Part shown: positions 36,369 through 45,864 of the stretch, piece by piece
Layout: every line of letters starts with the position of its first letter
Position numbering within the stretch: position 1 is the stretch's first letter
NCBI GenBank assembly: GCA_965204055.1
Contig: OZ241967.1
Coordinates: 1,318,737-1,382,736 of the forward strand
Reading direction: 5' to 3'
DNA length: 64,000 nt
Source of the DNA: Bdellovibrionales bacterium
GTDB lineage: Bacteria; Bdellovibrionota; Bdellovibrionia; Bdellovibrionales; UBA1609
Program-made: the position numbers and the translations under genes
The notes under the pieces: model-generated
Told to the model about the DNA's origin: nothing
Databases searched by the model: none
What the model saw: the letters and a program-made list of their open reading frames with translations, nothing else

Positions 36369-36989
36369 TTAAAATGAAGTTATAGCAGTATAGCTAATAA
36401 TATGGATTAAAGCTTCTCTAAACAAGAGTAAAGCCACTATGTAAGCAAAAACACGAATACCCAAGAGGACTTTATTATTTTTCACTAATTGCAGTAACTC
36501 TCGAACAAGAGAAGCTATTACTAAGTTTTCAAAATCTTTAAAATTCCGGCTACTCAACCATAAACCTATTTTTGCTCTCCAAGATTCTTGTGTAGCTGAT
36601 TGGATTTTTGTTTGTAAAACTTCTCTAACATTGGATTCAAAATTATTGATCAAAGATATGATATTCTTTAAAGATCGAAAAGAGGTTATTACTATATACA
36701 AAAAAATTATAGTCATCAAAGACAAACCACTATAATAAATGGGTTTTGAAAGCGGGAGAGTCAATAACAAAATACCCATTAAGGACCAGCAAATGTAAAT
36801 AATGGTTTTTTGATTTACCTGTTTTTTGAATTTTATAAACTGCTGTTGAATATGCTCTTTAATGTGTTTCTTAAACTCTTTTTCTATTTCTTTATCAGCT
36901 GTATTGGTAGCAAAATCCCATAGATCTTTAAAGGCTTGATATGCGGTAGAAGCAATATCAATGACAGCCCACATTTTCCACCACGCCAT
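36369..36989 (-). CDS. membrane protein (206 aa), unknown function
   Basis: Several hydrophobic segments. The start lies 3 nt after the stop of the ParA-like stub. Confidence 0.5.
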   Translation of the reverse strand: MAWWKMWAVIDIASTAYQAFKDLWDFATNTADKEIEKEFKKHIKEHIQQQFIKFKKQVNQKTIIYICWSLMGILLLTLPLSKPIYYSGLSLMTIIFLYIVITSFRSLKNIISLINNFESNVREVLQTKIQSATQESWRAKIGLWLSSRNFKDFENLVIASLVRELLQLVKNNKVLLGIRVFAYIVALLLFREALIHIISYTAITSF

Positions 36990-37139
36990 TTACTCCCCCT
37001 TACATTGAGGCTCGGCATCTACTATAAGAGTTTTTATTCCCTTATTAGCCAAAGTCCAGCCTAAGTTAAATGTAGTGGTGGTTTTACTCACCCCTCCTTT
37101 GTGATTAAACAAAGAAATTAACACTGGCTGGTGAGACAT
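36990..37139 (-). pseudogene. ParA-like ATPase N-terminal stub (49 aa)
   Basis: MSHQPVLISLFNHKGGVSKTTTTFNLGWTLANKGIKTLIVDAEPQC is nearly identical to the N-terminus of the 379-aa gene at 50180..51319, then stops. Confidence 0.7.
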
Positions 37140-37157
37140 ACCTCTTTCCTTTTTTAT

Positions 37158-37754
37158 CTATCTTATTTTTTGGCGGGTATAAGAAACATTCTGTGTATGT
37201 TCTATTGATAGATTATCTGTGTTGGTTCGAGTTAACAGCAATGTGTCTCCTTCCACCATAAAGGTATAAGACATGAACTTTACATGTTCCTCATTCCCAT
37301 CTACATCTTGCTTTTCCGATCTTAATTTAATAACAAGAGAATTGTCTCCTTCAAAATACACAACAGATTCTATTAACAGTTTATAGGGATCTTTCTCCGG
37401 CATTTTATCATAAGTTACCAGAGTAATTGTCCAGATAGGACCGTGTTCGGAAAACTCATAAATCAAAGGAGCACTTTCATCTGGGAGTTTAATCTCTACC
37501 TGGCCTTTATAAGGTTCTATATAGCCTATGGGACGGACAACAACACTGTCCGGATAAGGCTCTTTACTTAGGATGATATTTTGACGATGATCAGCCAGAT
37601 ATATGGCAACATTTTCCGGTATTATTTCTACAAACTCCCATGCACCCGGCAAGAGGTCTTTGACAGAATTTTGTTCATAAGAACCACCGGTAGCCAAAGT
37701 TACTTTTGAAAACCATATCAACAAAATAAAGACAAAAAGATTTTTGATAAACAT
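37158..37754 (-). CDS. secreted protein, unknown function
   Basis: ATG at 37754 preceded by aaggaggt; signal peptide MFIKNLFVFILLIWFSKVTLA. Confidence 0.6.
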   Translation of the reverse strand: MFIKNLFVFILLIWFSKVTLATGGSYEQNSVKDLLPGAWEFVEIIPENVAIYLADHRQNIILSKEPYPDSVVVRPIGYIEPYKGQVEIKLPDESAPLIYEFSEHGPIWTITLVTYDKMPEKDPYKLLIESVVYFEGDNSLVIKLRSEKQDVDGNEEHVKFMSYTFMVEGDTLLLTRTNTDNLSIEHTQNVSYTRQKIR

Positions 37755-38047
37755 CTCAGCACCTCCTTTTTTAGCTTTTGATCCTAAAGATTGCTTTTTT
37801 ATCACAACGATCTAAAATTTACAATATTTTATTGCTCTATGTCCTTTATTTGTTGTTCTACAGCCCTTAAGTGGGTGGAAAAATCCTTAAATCCTCATTT
37901 TGTTCTGCCATAACCCCTTATTTCTTTATTTTTATCTTTCTTTTATAGATTCCCACAGCTAAAGCCGTGCCGTGGTCCTTTGTCTTCAACCGCATAGTAA
38001 TACATCAATTAAGAGGCTAAAATTAGGGGATAAAAAAAGCTGGTACC

Positions 38048-38122
38048 TGACTACTCTCCCAGAGTGTTAAGCCCTCAAGAACCATCGCCACTGACAGGCT
38101 TAACTTCTATGTTAAGCCCCCC
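38048..38122 (-). repeat. copy of the 3' ~75 nt of the 5S rRNA gene (not a functional 5S)
   Basis: gctggtacctgactactctcccagagtgttaagccctcaagaaccatcgccactgacaggcttaacttctatgtt aligns with 52084-52158 of the genuine 5S gene with scattered mismatches. The 5' ~40 nt of 5S are missing. Confidence 0.75.
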
Positions 38123-38250
38123 CTCCCCGCAACCCCACTCAACAAGAGCCTTGACATACCTCCCTTGTGGATTTTAAACTCATATTATTACTGGATGCAC
38201 CACACTTAACCAATAGAAATATATAGATAACCCATAAGGATACAATAATA

Positions 38251-39099
38251 ATGAACCAAAAAAACTGTAGTAAAAAACAAATTCCTTTTCTTAGTTCTGG
38301 TTTTTTTGTTGGAGATTGTGTCGACCTTATGAAAAACCGGATGAAAACAAATTCTGTTGATTTAACTATTACTTCCCCACCTTACGACAATTTAAGAACC
38401 TATAATGGCTATTCATTTGAATTTAAAGAAATAGCAAAACAGCTTTATCGAGTGACAAAATCAGGTGGTGTCCTGGTTTGGATAATCGGTGACAAGATAA
38501 AAAAAGGACGAAGCCTGACCAGTTTTGAACAAGGTTTGTTTTTTCAAAAAGTGGGTTTTTTAATGCATGATGTAATGATATATAAAAAGAAAAACACACC
38601 TTTTATGAGAAGCAACGCTTACACTAATTGTTTTGAATTTATGTTTGTCTTAAGTAAGGGCAAGCTAAAAACTTTTAACCCACTAAAGGAAAAAACAGTA
38701 CGAAATGGCTATGAAATGCTGACTTATAATAAAAAAGCAGATGGAATCAATAGGAAAAATTGGAAAGAACTCAAAAAAGAAAAAACAAAAACCAATATAT
38801 GGGAATACGCTGTTGGCCTGGGAGGCACTACTTCAGACAGAATAGCTTTTCAGCACCCGGCTGTTTTTCCAGAAAAATTAGCGGAAGATCATATTTTATC
38901 TTGGTCCCATCCGAGGGATATGGTGTTTGATCCAATGTGTGGTTCGGGAACAACCTGTAAGATGGCTATGATACATAATAGAAAATTTATTGGCATTGAT
39001 GTCTCTGAAGACTATATTAATATTGCTAAAAAACGGATACAACTTATAAAATACACTCAACAAATGACCTTAAACCCAGAGGGTATGACCTCTCTTTAA
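38251..39099 (+). CDS. beta-class N4-cytosine/N6-adenine DNA methyltransferase
   Basis: Motif IV TSPPY near the N-terminus and motif I FDPMCGSGTT near the C-terminus (N6_N4_Mtase order). Confidence 0.85.
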   Translation: MNQKNCSKKQIPFLSSGFFVGDCVDLMKNRMKTNSVDLTITSPPYDNLRTYNGYSFEFKEIAKQLYRVTKSGGVLVWIIGDKIKKGRSLTSFEQGLFFQKVGFLMHDVMIYKKKNTPFMRSNAYTNCFEFMFVLSKGKLKTFNPLKEKTVRNGYEMLTYNKKADGINRKNWKELKKEKTKTNIWEYAVGLGGTTSDRIAFQHPAVFPEKLAEDHILSWSHPRDMVFDPMCGSGTTCKMAMIHNRKFIGIDVSEDYINIAKKRIQLIKYTQQMTLNPEGMTSL

Positions 39100-39120
39100 T
39101 TTGCAAGGCATATATATTTA

Positions 39121-39690
39121 TTACTGAATATTTTTTTTAATCAACTGAATGTCGTCTTTAAATCTTCCCAAACCTGTATTACAGCTATCACATATCCACG
39201 CTCTGGCTTTCCCGGTTCTATGATCATGATCTCTAACCAAATGGGCTGTAACTCCCACAATAGTTCTTTTTTCACATATCGGGCAGATAAATATATCTTT
39301 TTTCTTTGGTTTTAATCTACCTAATTTCTGTTTTTCTGTGTTTAACAGTTTAATTCCTTCAATTTTTTTTCTGCATTCTTTACAGCTGGGTCTTGTTGTT
39401 TTTCTGCCTTTAGCATCGGTTTGGTTAATATCAAAATCTTTTTTATTATCTTTTAAAATATGACATATATTACATATTTTTTTCCTATATGGTTTTCCTG
39501 TTTTTTCAATATCCAAGAATTGAACACTGGCTTTTCCAATTTTGATAATTTTTCCACTGCCAATAAAAAACACAGTGATCTGAGAATCTGAAATCTGTTT
39601 TATAATTCCAACAGCTCCCTTACTAATAGGACCCTGCTTTTTTGTAGCAAGAACAAAATCACAAATATTAAGACTCTTCTGAACAGCCAT
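39121..39690 (-). CDS. HNH (endonuclease VII-type) nuclease, candidate restriction endonuclease
   Basis: CPICEKR...HLVRDHDHRTGKARAWICDSCNTGLGRF plus CNICH / CKECRKK zinc clusters. Start taken at the ATG at 39690, which has RBS aggagg. The longer ORF to 39885 overlaps the neighbouring gene. Confidence 0.75.
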   Translation of the reverse strand: MAVQKSLNICDFVLATKKQGPISKGAVGIIKQISDSQITVFFIGSGKIIKIGKASVQFLDIEKTGKPYRKKICNICHILKDNKKDFDINQTDAKGRKTTRPSCKECRKKIEGIKLLNTEKQKLGRLKPKKKDIFICPICEKRTIVGVTAHLVRDHDHRTGKARAWICDSCNTGLGRFKDDIQLIKKNIQ

Positions 39691-39793
39691 ATAATAAAAC
39701 CTCCTATACAGTAACCTAAAAATAGGGTGGTCAAGAGCATTTTTATTTATTGAATACCTGGTATTTTCAGCTTTGTAAAAACTTCCTACTAAT

Positions 39794-40378
39794 TCAATCA
39801 ATGGAGGTTTTGGAGTTTTGATAAAGCCACTTTTTAGCGGTTCTACCTGATATAAGACACCAACGCCTATCAAAATACGCACCAATAATCCCCCCTGCTA
39901 CAGGCACCATTTTTCCTAAGTTTAAAATCCCTTTAGAACCAAACTTTGTAAATAACCTAAAACCTACCTGCTTGTTTATTTTTATTAAAATTTTTCCACT
40001 TATACTGGCAATCATTTGCTGAGTTAGCTTTTGACCTATTTTAATACCTACTGATTTTAAAATTTCCTTAATAGCATCACCTGTCAGGCAACAGTATATG
40101 ACAGTTTTAACTTCTTCTGATTTTATGTCATACCCGCTTATGTAAGCAATTTTAGCTATCATACGCAGTTGAATGTATAAAACAGCTGTTAATCCGGCTG
40201 GCACAGCCACAGGCAAAGTGATTGCTCCTCCTACTGAAGATATAAAACCAGTGGCTGTGCTTTTGGCCACAGCCCACTTTATTACCGAATCAATATGGGC
40301 ACAATGACATGTTCTATCTTGATCTGACTCTCCTAAACCCTTTTTATGATATTTTTCTCTTTCTGATCTGGCCCTCAT
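39794..40378 (-). CDS. EcsC-family protein, 5' end abutting or truncated by an IS3-family element
   Basis: GGAITLPVAVPAGLTAVLYIQLRMIAKIAYISGYD fits the EcsC pattern. The first codons lie inside the IS left inverted repeat. Confidence 0.55.
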   Translation of the reverse strand: MRARSEREKYHKKGLGESDQDRTCHCAHIDSVIKWAVAKSTATGFISSVGGAITLPVAVPAGLTAVLYIQLRMIAKIAYISGYDIKSEEVKTVIYCCLTGDAIKEILKSVGIKIGQKLTQQMIASISGKILIKINKQVGFRLFTKFGSKGILNLGKMVPVAGGIIGAYFDRRWCLISGRTAKKWLYQNSKTSID

Positions 40379-40442
40379 ATTCGGACATTTTACTAAGCAT
40401 AAGGCAGTGTGTTAAAAGTAAATTGTTTTAAGGAGGTGTTAG

Positions 40443-40727
40443 ATGAAAAATACAAAGAGGCGACGCTATTCAGAGTCGTTTAAAAAAGAGGCTGTGAGAA
40501 GGGTTCTGGAAGGTTCTCGCTCCTCTAATCGAGTTTCTCAGGAGTTGGGGATAGGCCAGCCCACTTTAAGTAAGTGGGTGAGACAGTTTAAGCAAGGTGG
40601 TCATTCTTCTTTTAATAAGGAGTCTGAGCGGGCTTTAAAACAGCTAAAAGCGGAGAACAAACGGCTTAAGGAAGAAAGAGACATTTTAAAAAAAGCCACC
40701 ATCTTCTTTGCCAGTCACGAAGGTTGA
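40443..40727 (+). CDS. IS3-family transposase OrfA (HTH)
   Basis: RRYSESFKKEAVRRV...GIGQPTLSKWVRQFK and a leucine-zipper-like tail. Confidence 0.9.
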   Translation: MKNTKRRRYSESFKKEAVRRVLEGSRSSNRVSQELGIGQPTLSKWVRQFKQGGHSSFNKESERALKQLKAENKRLKEERDILKKATIFFASHEG

Positions 40728-41593
40728 GATATGAGTTTATTTTTGTTCATAAAGACAAGTGGAGAGTAAGTGTAATGTGTGATGTTTTACAAGTATCTCG
40801 TAGTGGATATTATACTTGGTTGCCTTCAAGGGATCGTTTGAAAAAGACTCATAATCAGCTAAAGGGGGCGGTTTTGGCTTCGTGGCTTGATAGTGGTCGG
40901 GTGTATGGTTCTCGGCGTGTTGTGAAAGATTTAAAGGAGGAAAGAGGGATCTTTGTTTCAAAGAGCACAGTTCAGCCTGTTATGAGGGTTTTAGGCATCC
41001 GTTCTTCTTATCAGCAGAAGAAGTTCAGAAAAGCCTATCAGAGGGGGGAGATAGCCTCTTATCCTGCCAATGCTCTTAAGAGGGATTTTAAGCCGGAAAA
41101 CCCTAATCAGGTGTGGGCCAGTGACACTACTTTTATTAAGAGCTGTAAGGGGTGGGTTTATTTATGTGTGATTATGGATTTATTTTCCAAGTTTATAGTG
41201 GGTTGGTCTGTGGGAGATAAGAACAACTCAGACTTGGTGGAAGAGGCTTTACAGTTAGCTCTTTACAGTAGAGGGTATCCAAGGGGTGTATTGTTTCACT
41301 CTGACAGAGGTTCTGAATATAGCTCTTATCAGATTTACAAGAGGTTACAACAATACCATTTAACAGCTTCCATGAGTCGTAAAGGAAACTGTTGGGATAA
41401 TGCTCCGGTTGAGAGCTTTTTTAAAACTTTGAAAGTGGAATTGATAAATAAGATAAATTCAAAAAGACTTAATTTGGAAGAGATAAAAAAGGAGTGTTTT
41501 AACTATATTGAGGGCTTTTACAACACAAAGCGGATTCACTCCAGCCTTGACAACAAAAGCCCACAGATGTATGAACAAACTTATTCCAAGTAA
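40724..41593 (+). CDS. IS3-family transposase OrfB (DDE integrase core)
   Basis: NQVWASDTTF, HSDRGSEYSS, GNCWDNAPVESFF, YNTKRIHSSL. Confidence 0.9.
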   Translation: MRYEFIFVHKDKWRVSVMCDVLQVSRSGYYTWLPSRDRLKKTHNQLKGAVLASWLDSGRVYGSRRVVKDLKEERGIFVSKSTVQPVMRVLGIRSSYQQKKFRKAYQRGEIASYPANALKRDFKPENPNQVWASDTTFIKSCKGWVYLCVIMDLFSKFIVGWSVGDKNNSDLVEEALQLALYSRGYPRGVLFHSDRGSEYSSYQIYKRLQQYHLTASMSRKGNCWDNAPVESFFKTLKVELINKINSKRLNLEEIKKECFNYIEGFYNTKRIHSSLDNKSPQMYEQTYSK

Positions 41594-41753
41594 ACTGTCC
41601 GTTTTTCAGGCCCAATCCATTCTTTTTGAACTTCTTCCTCAACAGATAATACCCCCGGCAAACCTTTCACAGCATTATCATATATAGTATTGAGAACTTT
41701 AATGACTGTGTCTTTTCTTAATTTCATATTAACCTCTTTAAAATGAAACTATA

Positions 41754-42059
41754 TCAGTGGGTTTTAGTGTAAAAGATTTGACCGTGTTTATCTATTTCTT
41801 TTTTTAATTCTGCGTTCGTCATTGTGTGATAATCTACAACATTGAATAAATACGGTGTGGCCAGCTCGTCCAACTCCCAAGAGAGCCGGCACGATAAATC
41901 CACATTTGATTGAAAAAAAAACGCCATATCAATATCAGAACCTTTTCTGTAATCCCCTCGTGCCCTGGAACCATAGATTTTAACCTGTTCTATCTCAGGG
42001 TATTTTTTTAAGAGCTTGGTTATTTTTTTAACAGTCTCTTGAGAAAAGCCAAACAACAT
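41754..42059 (-). CDS. minimal nucleotidyltransferase (MNT) partner of a HEPN/MNT module
   Basis: KIYGSRARGDYRKGSDIDMAF (GS-x9-DxD NTase motif); 101 aa. Confidence 0.85.
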   Translation of the reverse strand: MLFGFSQETVKKITKLLKKYPEIEQVKIYGSRARGDYRKGSDIDMAFFFQSNVDLSCRLSWELDELATPYLFNVVDYHTMTNAELKKEIDKHGQIFYTKTH

Positions 42060-42955
42060 TAAAGCTCCTTGGTTAGATAATTATAAAGATTTTTTATTTC
42101 TACAATATATTTTTTAGATATGTTCTCAATAATTTTTTTAGCCATATTCTCATTATAAACATGAGATAAGTTGTTTCTATCTTCAAGCATATCCAGCCAC
42201 ATTGAACCATCTTTGATTATATCCTTGTTAAAAGCCTGCTTAATAATATCTCTTGCATATTTGAACTGACTCACTTCCTTATATTGTATAAAATATTTTA
42301 AAGCCACCCAACTTAGTTCAAAAGAAAATTCAAAACCTTGAATTAAAGCCATCGCATAGATGTTATGATCTGGATTTTTCAAATAAAAAGAATGAGCCTC
42401 TTCAAAAGACTGTAAAGCGTTTTTCAGCTCATGCAATCTCTGTTTGCATTTTTCTTTTGCCAGGCTTTGTTTTCTATTGATTAAATTAAGTTCTGTATTT
42501 ACTTCTTCTACAACAGTTAAAGAGACTTCAAATTTTAATAAATCAATATCTTGATACTCATTCTTTGAAAAATACCATTTCAACTGATGATTGATTCTGA
42601 TGTGCCAACCCGTATCAGTGATGTCACAATTTAAAAAACATTCTTTATAATCAAAAAAAGGTATCAAATAAGCTGATTGATTATTATCTAAAAAACCTAA
42701 AAATACATAACCTTTTTGTGAATCATCCAAAAAGTCTTTTTCACTTTCTGTTAGAGTGAACCAGTATTTTTGTGTATGTGAAGATGGGTAGGATCGACTG
42801 GTCATTATACATAATCTCACTTTGTCGCTATCATCAAACCACAAGCTATCTGATTTCTTGTTTAACTTTATATTTTTAAGTTTTTCGAAAGTTTTAGCTA
42901 TCTTTTGTTTTAACAGTGTGTGTATTTTTCTTTCTTCTTTTTTTTCTCTATTCAT
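42059..42955 (-). CDS. HEPN-domain protein (HI0074-like) with a ~170-aa uncharacterised N-terminal extension
   Basis: C-terminal ~120 aa: GFEFSFELSWVALKYFI ... LEDRNNLSHVY (R-x4-H HEPN motif). 1-nt TAATG overlap with the MNT gene. Confidence 0.75.
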   Translation of the reverse strand: MNREKKEERKIHTLLKQKIAKTFEKLKNIKLNKKSDSLWFDDSDKVRLCIMTSRSYPSSHTQKYWFTLTESEKDFLDDSQKGYVFLGFLDNNQSAYLIPFFDYKECFLNCDITDTGWHIRINHQLKWYFSKNEYQDIDLLKFEVSLTVVEEVNTELNLINRKQSLAKEKCKQRLHELKNALQSFEEAHSFYLKNPDHNIYAMALIQGFEFSFELSWVALKYFIQYKEVSQFKYARDIIKQAFNKDIIKDGSMWLDMLEDRNNLSHVYNENMAKKIIENISKKYIVEIKNLYNYLTKEL

Positions 42956-43115
42956 AGATTCTCCTTTTTATTAAAATATATCAATCTTATTTGCGTTTTC
43001 ATAGCTTAACCAATAAGTGGCTTTGGTTCGTGTCATTTCTATAAAAAACTTACCTCAGCGGGGGTGGGAACATAGACAATCCAACCTTGAATTGTCAAAT
43101 ACGATAAATACAAAA

Positions 43116-43586
43116 TCAGCTTGTAAAGTCTTTAATAATCTTCTTCTCTTTTTTCTTCCTTTCCTCAATTTGTTTGACAACTTTTTTAACAACTATAATT
43201 TTTTCTATAAGCATAGATAACTCTTGTTTTATATCTTCTAAAATTTCTCTATGGTTGTTCAATTTTTTAGCTTCTTCTTTTACCCAAATAGCATTATAAC
43301 AAATATCGCGTAACAAAAAACCACAGCGATGTGTATAATCATCGTTTAAAACATTCTTATTATATTCAGTTATATGAATTTGCTTTTTTACATTTGAAGA
43401 TAGGACTGTTAATCTTGCAACTAAATCAAAATCTTTATTCTCAATGATGGATAATTCGTGCTGATGAGCTATTTTTTTTAATTCTCTTGAAAGTTCATTG
43501 ACACTAACTAAAGGTTTTAAAGATCTTTTTAAACTTTCACAAGCTGAAAAAGACAAAACAAAAAGTAAAAATAAAATGATTTTCAT
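43116..43586 (-). CDS. lipoprotein, unknown function
   Basis: MKIILFLLFVLSFSAC lipobox; Lys/Glu-rich helical remainder. Confidence 0.6.
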   Translation of the reverse strand: MKIILFLLFVLSFSACESLKRSLKPLVSVNELSRELKKIAHQHELSIIENKDFDLVARLTVLSSNVKKQIHITEYNKNVLNDDYTHRCGFLLRDICYNAIWVKEEAKKLNNHREILEDIKQELSMLIEKIIVVKKVVKQIEERKKKEKKIIKDFTS

Positions 43587-44086
43587 CTTGAAACCTCATA
43601 AGAAGATACAGCACTGAACAAAAAAAGCAGGCGACAATACAAACACTTCATTTGATAGAACCCAGACTTGCTAACCCCCTCCAGATCATAATTAGGCTTG
43701 ACTTCATAGAGTTCTCAATACTCAAAAGTATAGACACTCCAAACATAACCAGGAACATAATCTCCACCAGGATGGCCTTCATAACCATAAGCCCTGATAT
43801 AAGCAAACTCATGTTCTTGTGCTTGCTCATAAGTTAAGGCTGTAGCCACTACTCGCCAGTTATGTAAACTTTTGAAAATCCAGTGTAAAAATCATCAAGG
43901 ATGGTGTCAAGTCTAAAAAATATCTTTTAAACAAACACTAAAAGTTCTTAAAATAGCTGTTTTTTTTCTCTCTCTAAACTATAAGGTGAGGTAAATAAAG
44001 TGGACTCTTTGCTAAGAAGGGTATTTTAACAATACTATACCAAAAAAGAGGATAGGGCTTCTCGTTGGACGCTTGGAGCCTCACAC

Positions 44087-44335
44087 TTAAGGCTTTGCCG
44101 ACAAACAAAATAGCATAGTAAAAAATCTCTTGATAAAAAGAACAAAAAAAGAGAGCAACCCATTTACTTCTCTTATCAATCTCCTCATATTGTATCCACT
44201 TCCAGCAAGTAGAGTATTCACTCCATCATCAAGATCACCATGTAAAAAATTCCTCTCCATACGGCAATCCCCCTTCAAATGCCCTACACTGCCTCTACAC
44301 TGTTCCTTCGGCGCGCTAATCGGCGATGATAACAC
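44087..44335 (-). pseudogene. remnant of an IS5-type transposase C-terminus
   Basis: GHLKGDCRMERNFLHGDLDDGVNTLLAGSGYNMRRLI parallels GHIKQEHRMGVNYLHGIEGDKINPILAASAFNMRKI of the intact transposase. Confidence 0.55.
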
Positions 44336-44633
44336 TAGGGGGGGATGGCCTCTAACTACTTACATTATCCAATCCTTCAGGATGATGCTTCTCCCCCCTA
44401 TAATCTTAAACAAACTCCTTTTTGTTTTCTTCTTGTAAGTCTGAAGCAACTTAATCCCTGACTTCTTACAAATTTGTTGTCAAAGCTGGAGTAGATTCGC
44501 CTTGTCCTATAAAAGATTGATTTCCTTTTAATTCAATAATAAACAATTTGTATGCGCTCTGTTAATTGAGCTTTTACGCACTGCATTATAACTTGCATTA
44601 ACACTTATTTTTAGCATATATCATCTATTACAA

Positions 44634-45500
44634 ATGAATAAGTTACTTATTTTTCTCGGTTCTACTATTACAGCTCTTATACTGTTAATGGTTTTTTCAA
44701 TTAAAACGGTGCCAACAGGTTATATTGGAATAATAACACACCACGGAAAGATTAATAACACCTCACCTCTAAAAAAAGGTTTGCATTTTGTAATGCCTTT
44801 TGTAACTTCCTTTGAAACAATCAGCACACGTTTAACAAAATTAGACCTTAAAAGTGGTATATTTGCTAAGGATTTGCAAGAAGTCAATCTAACTATATCC
44901 ATACAATATTCATTACTGGAATCTGAAATACCGTCTTTATATTCTCAAGTAGGCAACCAAAAAAAAATTGAAAATATATTATTAAAACCAATAATACAAG
45001 GAGAAGCACAAAATACTATTACTAAATATACAACAGAAGAGTTAATTACAAATCGCTCTAAAATACAAAAAAAACTTGATCGATCTATCATAGAGAAGCT
45101 AACAAAAATTTTAACTGAAAAAACCCTGAATGAAAATGCCCTAAAGATATATAATATAGAAATCACTCATTTTGACCCTTCAGATGAGTTTAAGCAATTA
45201 GTTAAAACAAAAAACCAAAGCAAACAAAAGATAATAGAGGCCGAAACAGAAGCGAAAATAAAAGAAATCTCCACCTTGGCTTCTACAAATGCGCTAATTG
45301 AAGAAGCAAAAGCCAAAGCAAAAAAAATAGAAATTGAATCTTTAGCTAAAGCAAAATCTATTAATAAACAAACCAAAGCTTTTTTGACTCCTATCAATGA
45401 ATTTTTAAATAGTAATCAAGCTTTTTTTGGAGCTTTATTGATTCTTTGGATATACAAACCGTTGATATGGATTTATAAAAAACTGTTTCATCGCAGTTAA
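44634..45500 (+). CDS. SPFH/band-7 (prohibitin-like) membrane protein
   Basis: N-terminal TM segment, VPTGYIGIITHHGK...GLHFVMPF, and a coiled-coil A/K/E-rich tail. Confidence 0.75.
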   Translation: MNKLLIFLGSTITALILLMVFSIKTVPTGYIGIITHHGKINNTSPLKKGLHFVMPFVTSFETISTRLTKLDLKSGIFAKDLQEVNLTISIQYSLLESEIPSLYSQVGNQKKIENILLKPIIQGEAQNTITKYTTEELITNRSKIQKKLDRSIIEKLTKILTEKTLNENALKIYNIEITHFDPSDEFKQLVKTKNQSKQKIIEAETEAKIKEISTLASTNALIEEAKAKAKKIEIESLAKAKSINKQTKAFLTPINEFLNSNQAFFGALLILWIYKPLIWIYKKLFHRS

Positions 45501-45627
45501 TACTGTTATTTTTATTTCAGAAAATATTAGTAATAAAGCATTTCTCCTTATCTGAACTTGCTTTCTTAAGATTCAGTAAATATTTAATCAAATTAAAAGT
45601 TTGTGATCCTGTTCCAAGGATACAAAT

Positions 45628-45864
45628 CTAAGCACTTTCTTTTGTAGAAGTCAAGTCTACTCCCAGTTTTTTAGCCTCCTCTATTACATTCTTTTGGCTA
45701 TCTTGAACATCTTGAATATAAGGAATCAAATCCTCTTTTATTCTTTGAGTATAACTCTTAAATTGATTAACCAGTCTCTTAAAACAAGATTGCCTTAGCT
45801 TTAATAAAACATTTTGTTTTTTTATGATATAAGAAAGAAGCTGGTTTTCTTTTTTTTGTCTCAT
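45628..45864 (-). CDS. hypothetical protein (78 aa)
   Basis: ORF downstream of 46036..47517 on the same strand. Confidence 0.35.
   Translation of the reverse strand: MRQKKENQLLSYIIKKQNVLLKLRQSCFKRLVNQFKSYTQRIKEDLIPYIQDVQDSQKNVIEEAKKLGVDLTSTKESA

Larger units (their letters stand above)
40364..41619 (+). mobile_element. IS3-family insertion sequence (about 1.26 kb)
   Basis: Imperfect terminal inverted repeats (tgatctggccctcatattcggacatttt / aaactgtccgtttttcaggcccaatcca, TG...CA ends). orfA/orfB overlap, with an A7G run at 40686-40693 that could be the -1 slippery site. Boundaries approximate. Confidence 0.85.

Noticed and set aside
43660-43840. Start-less reading frame on the minus strand encoding ...LTYEQAQEHEFAYIRAYGYEGHPGGDYVPGYVWSVYTFEY-stop.
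   Set aside because: It looks like a gene remnant but has no start codon. I could not assign a family, so there is too little to call even a pseudogene with confidence.
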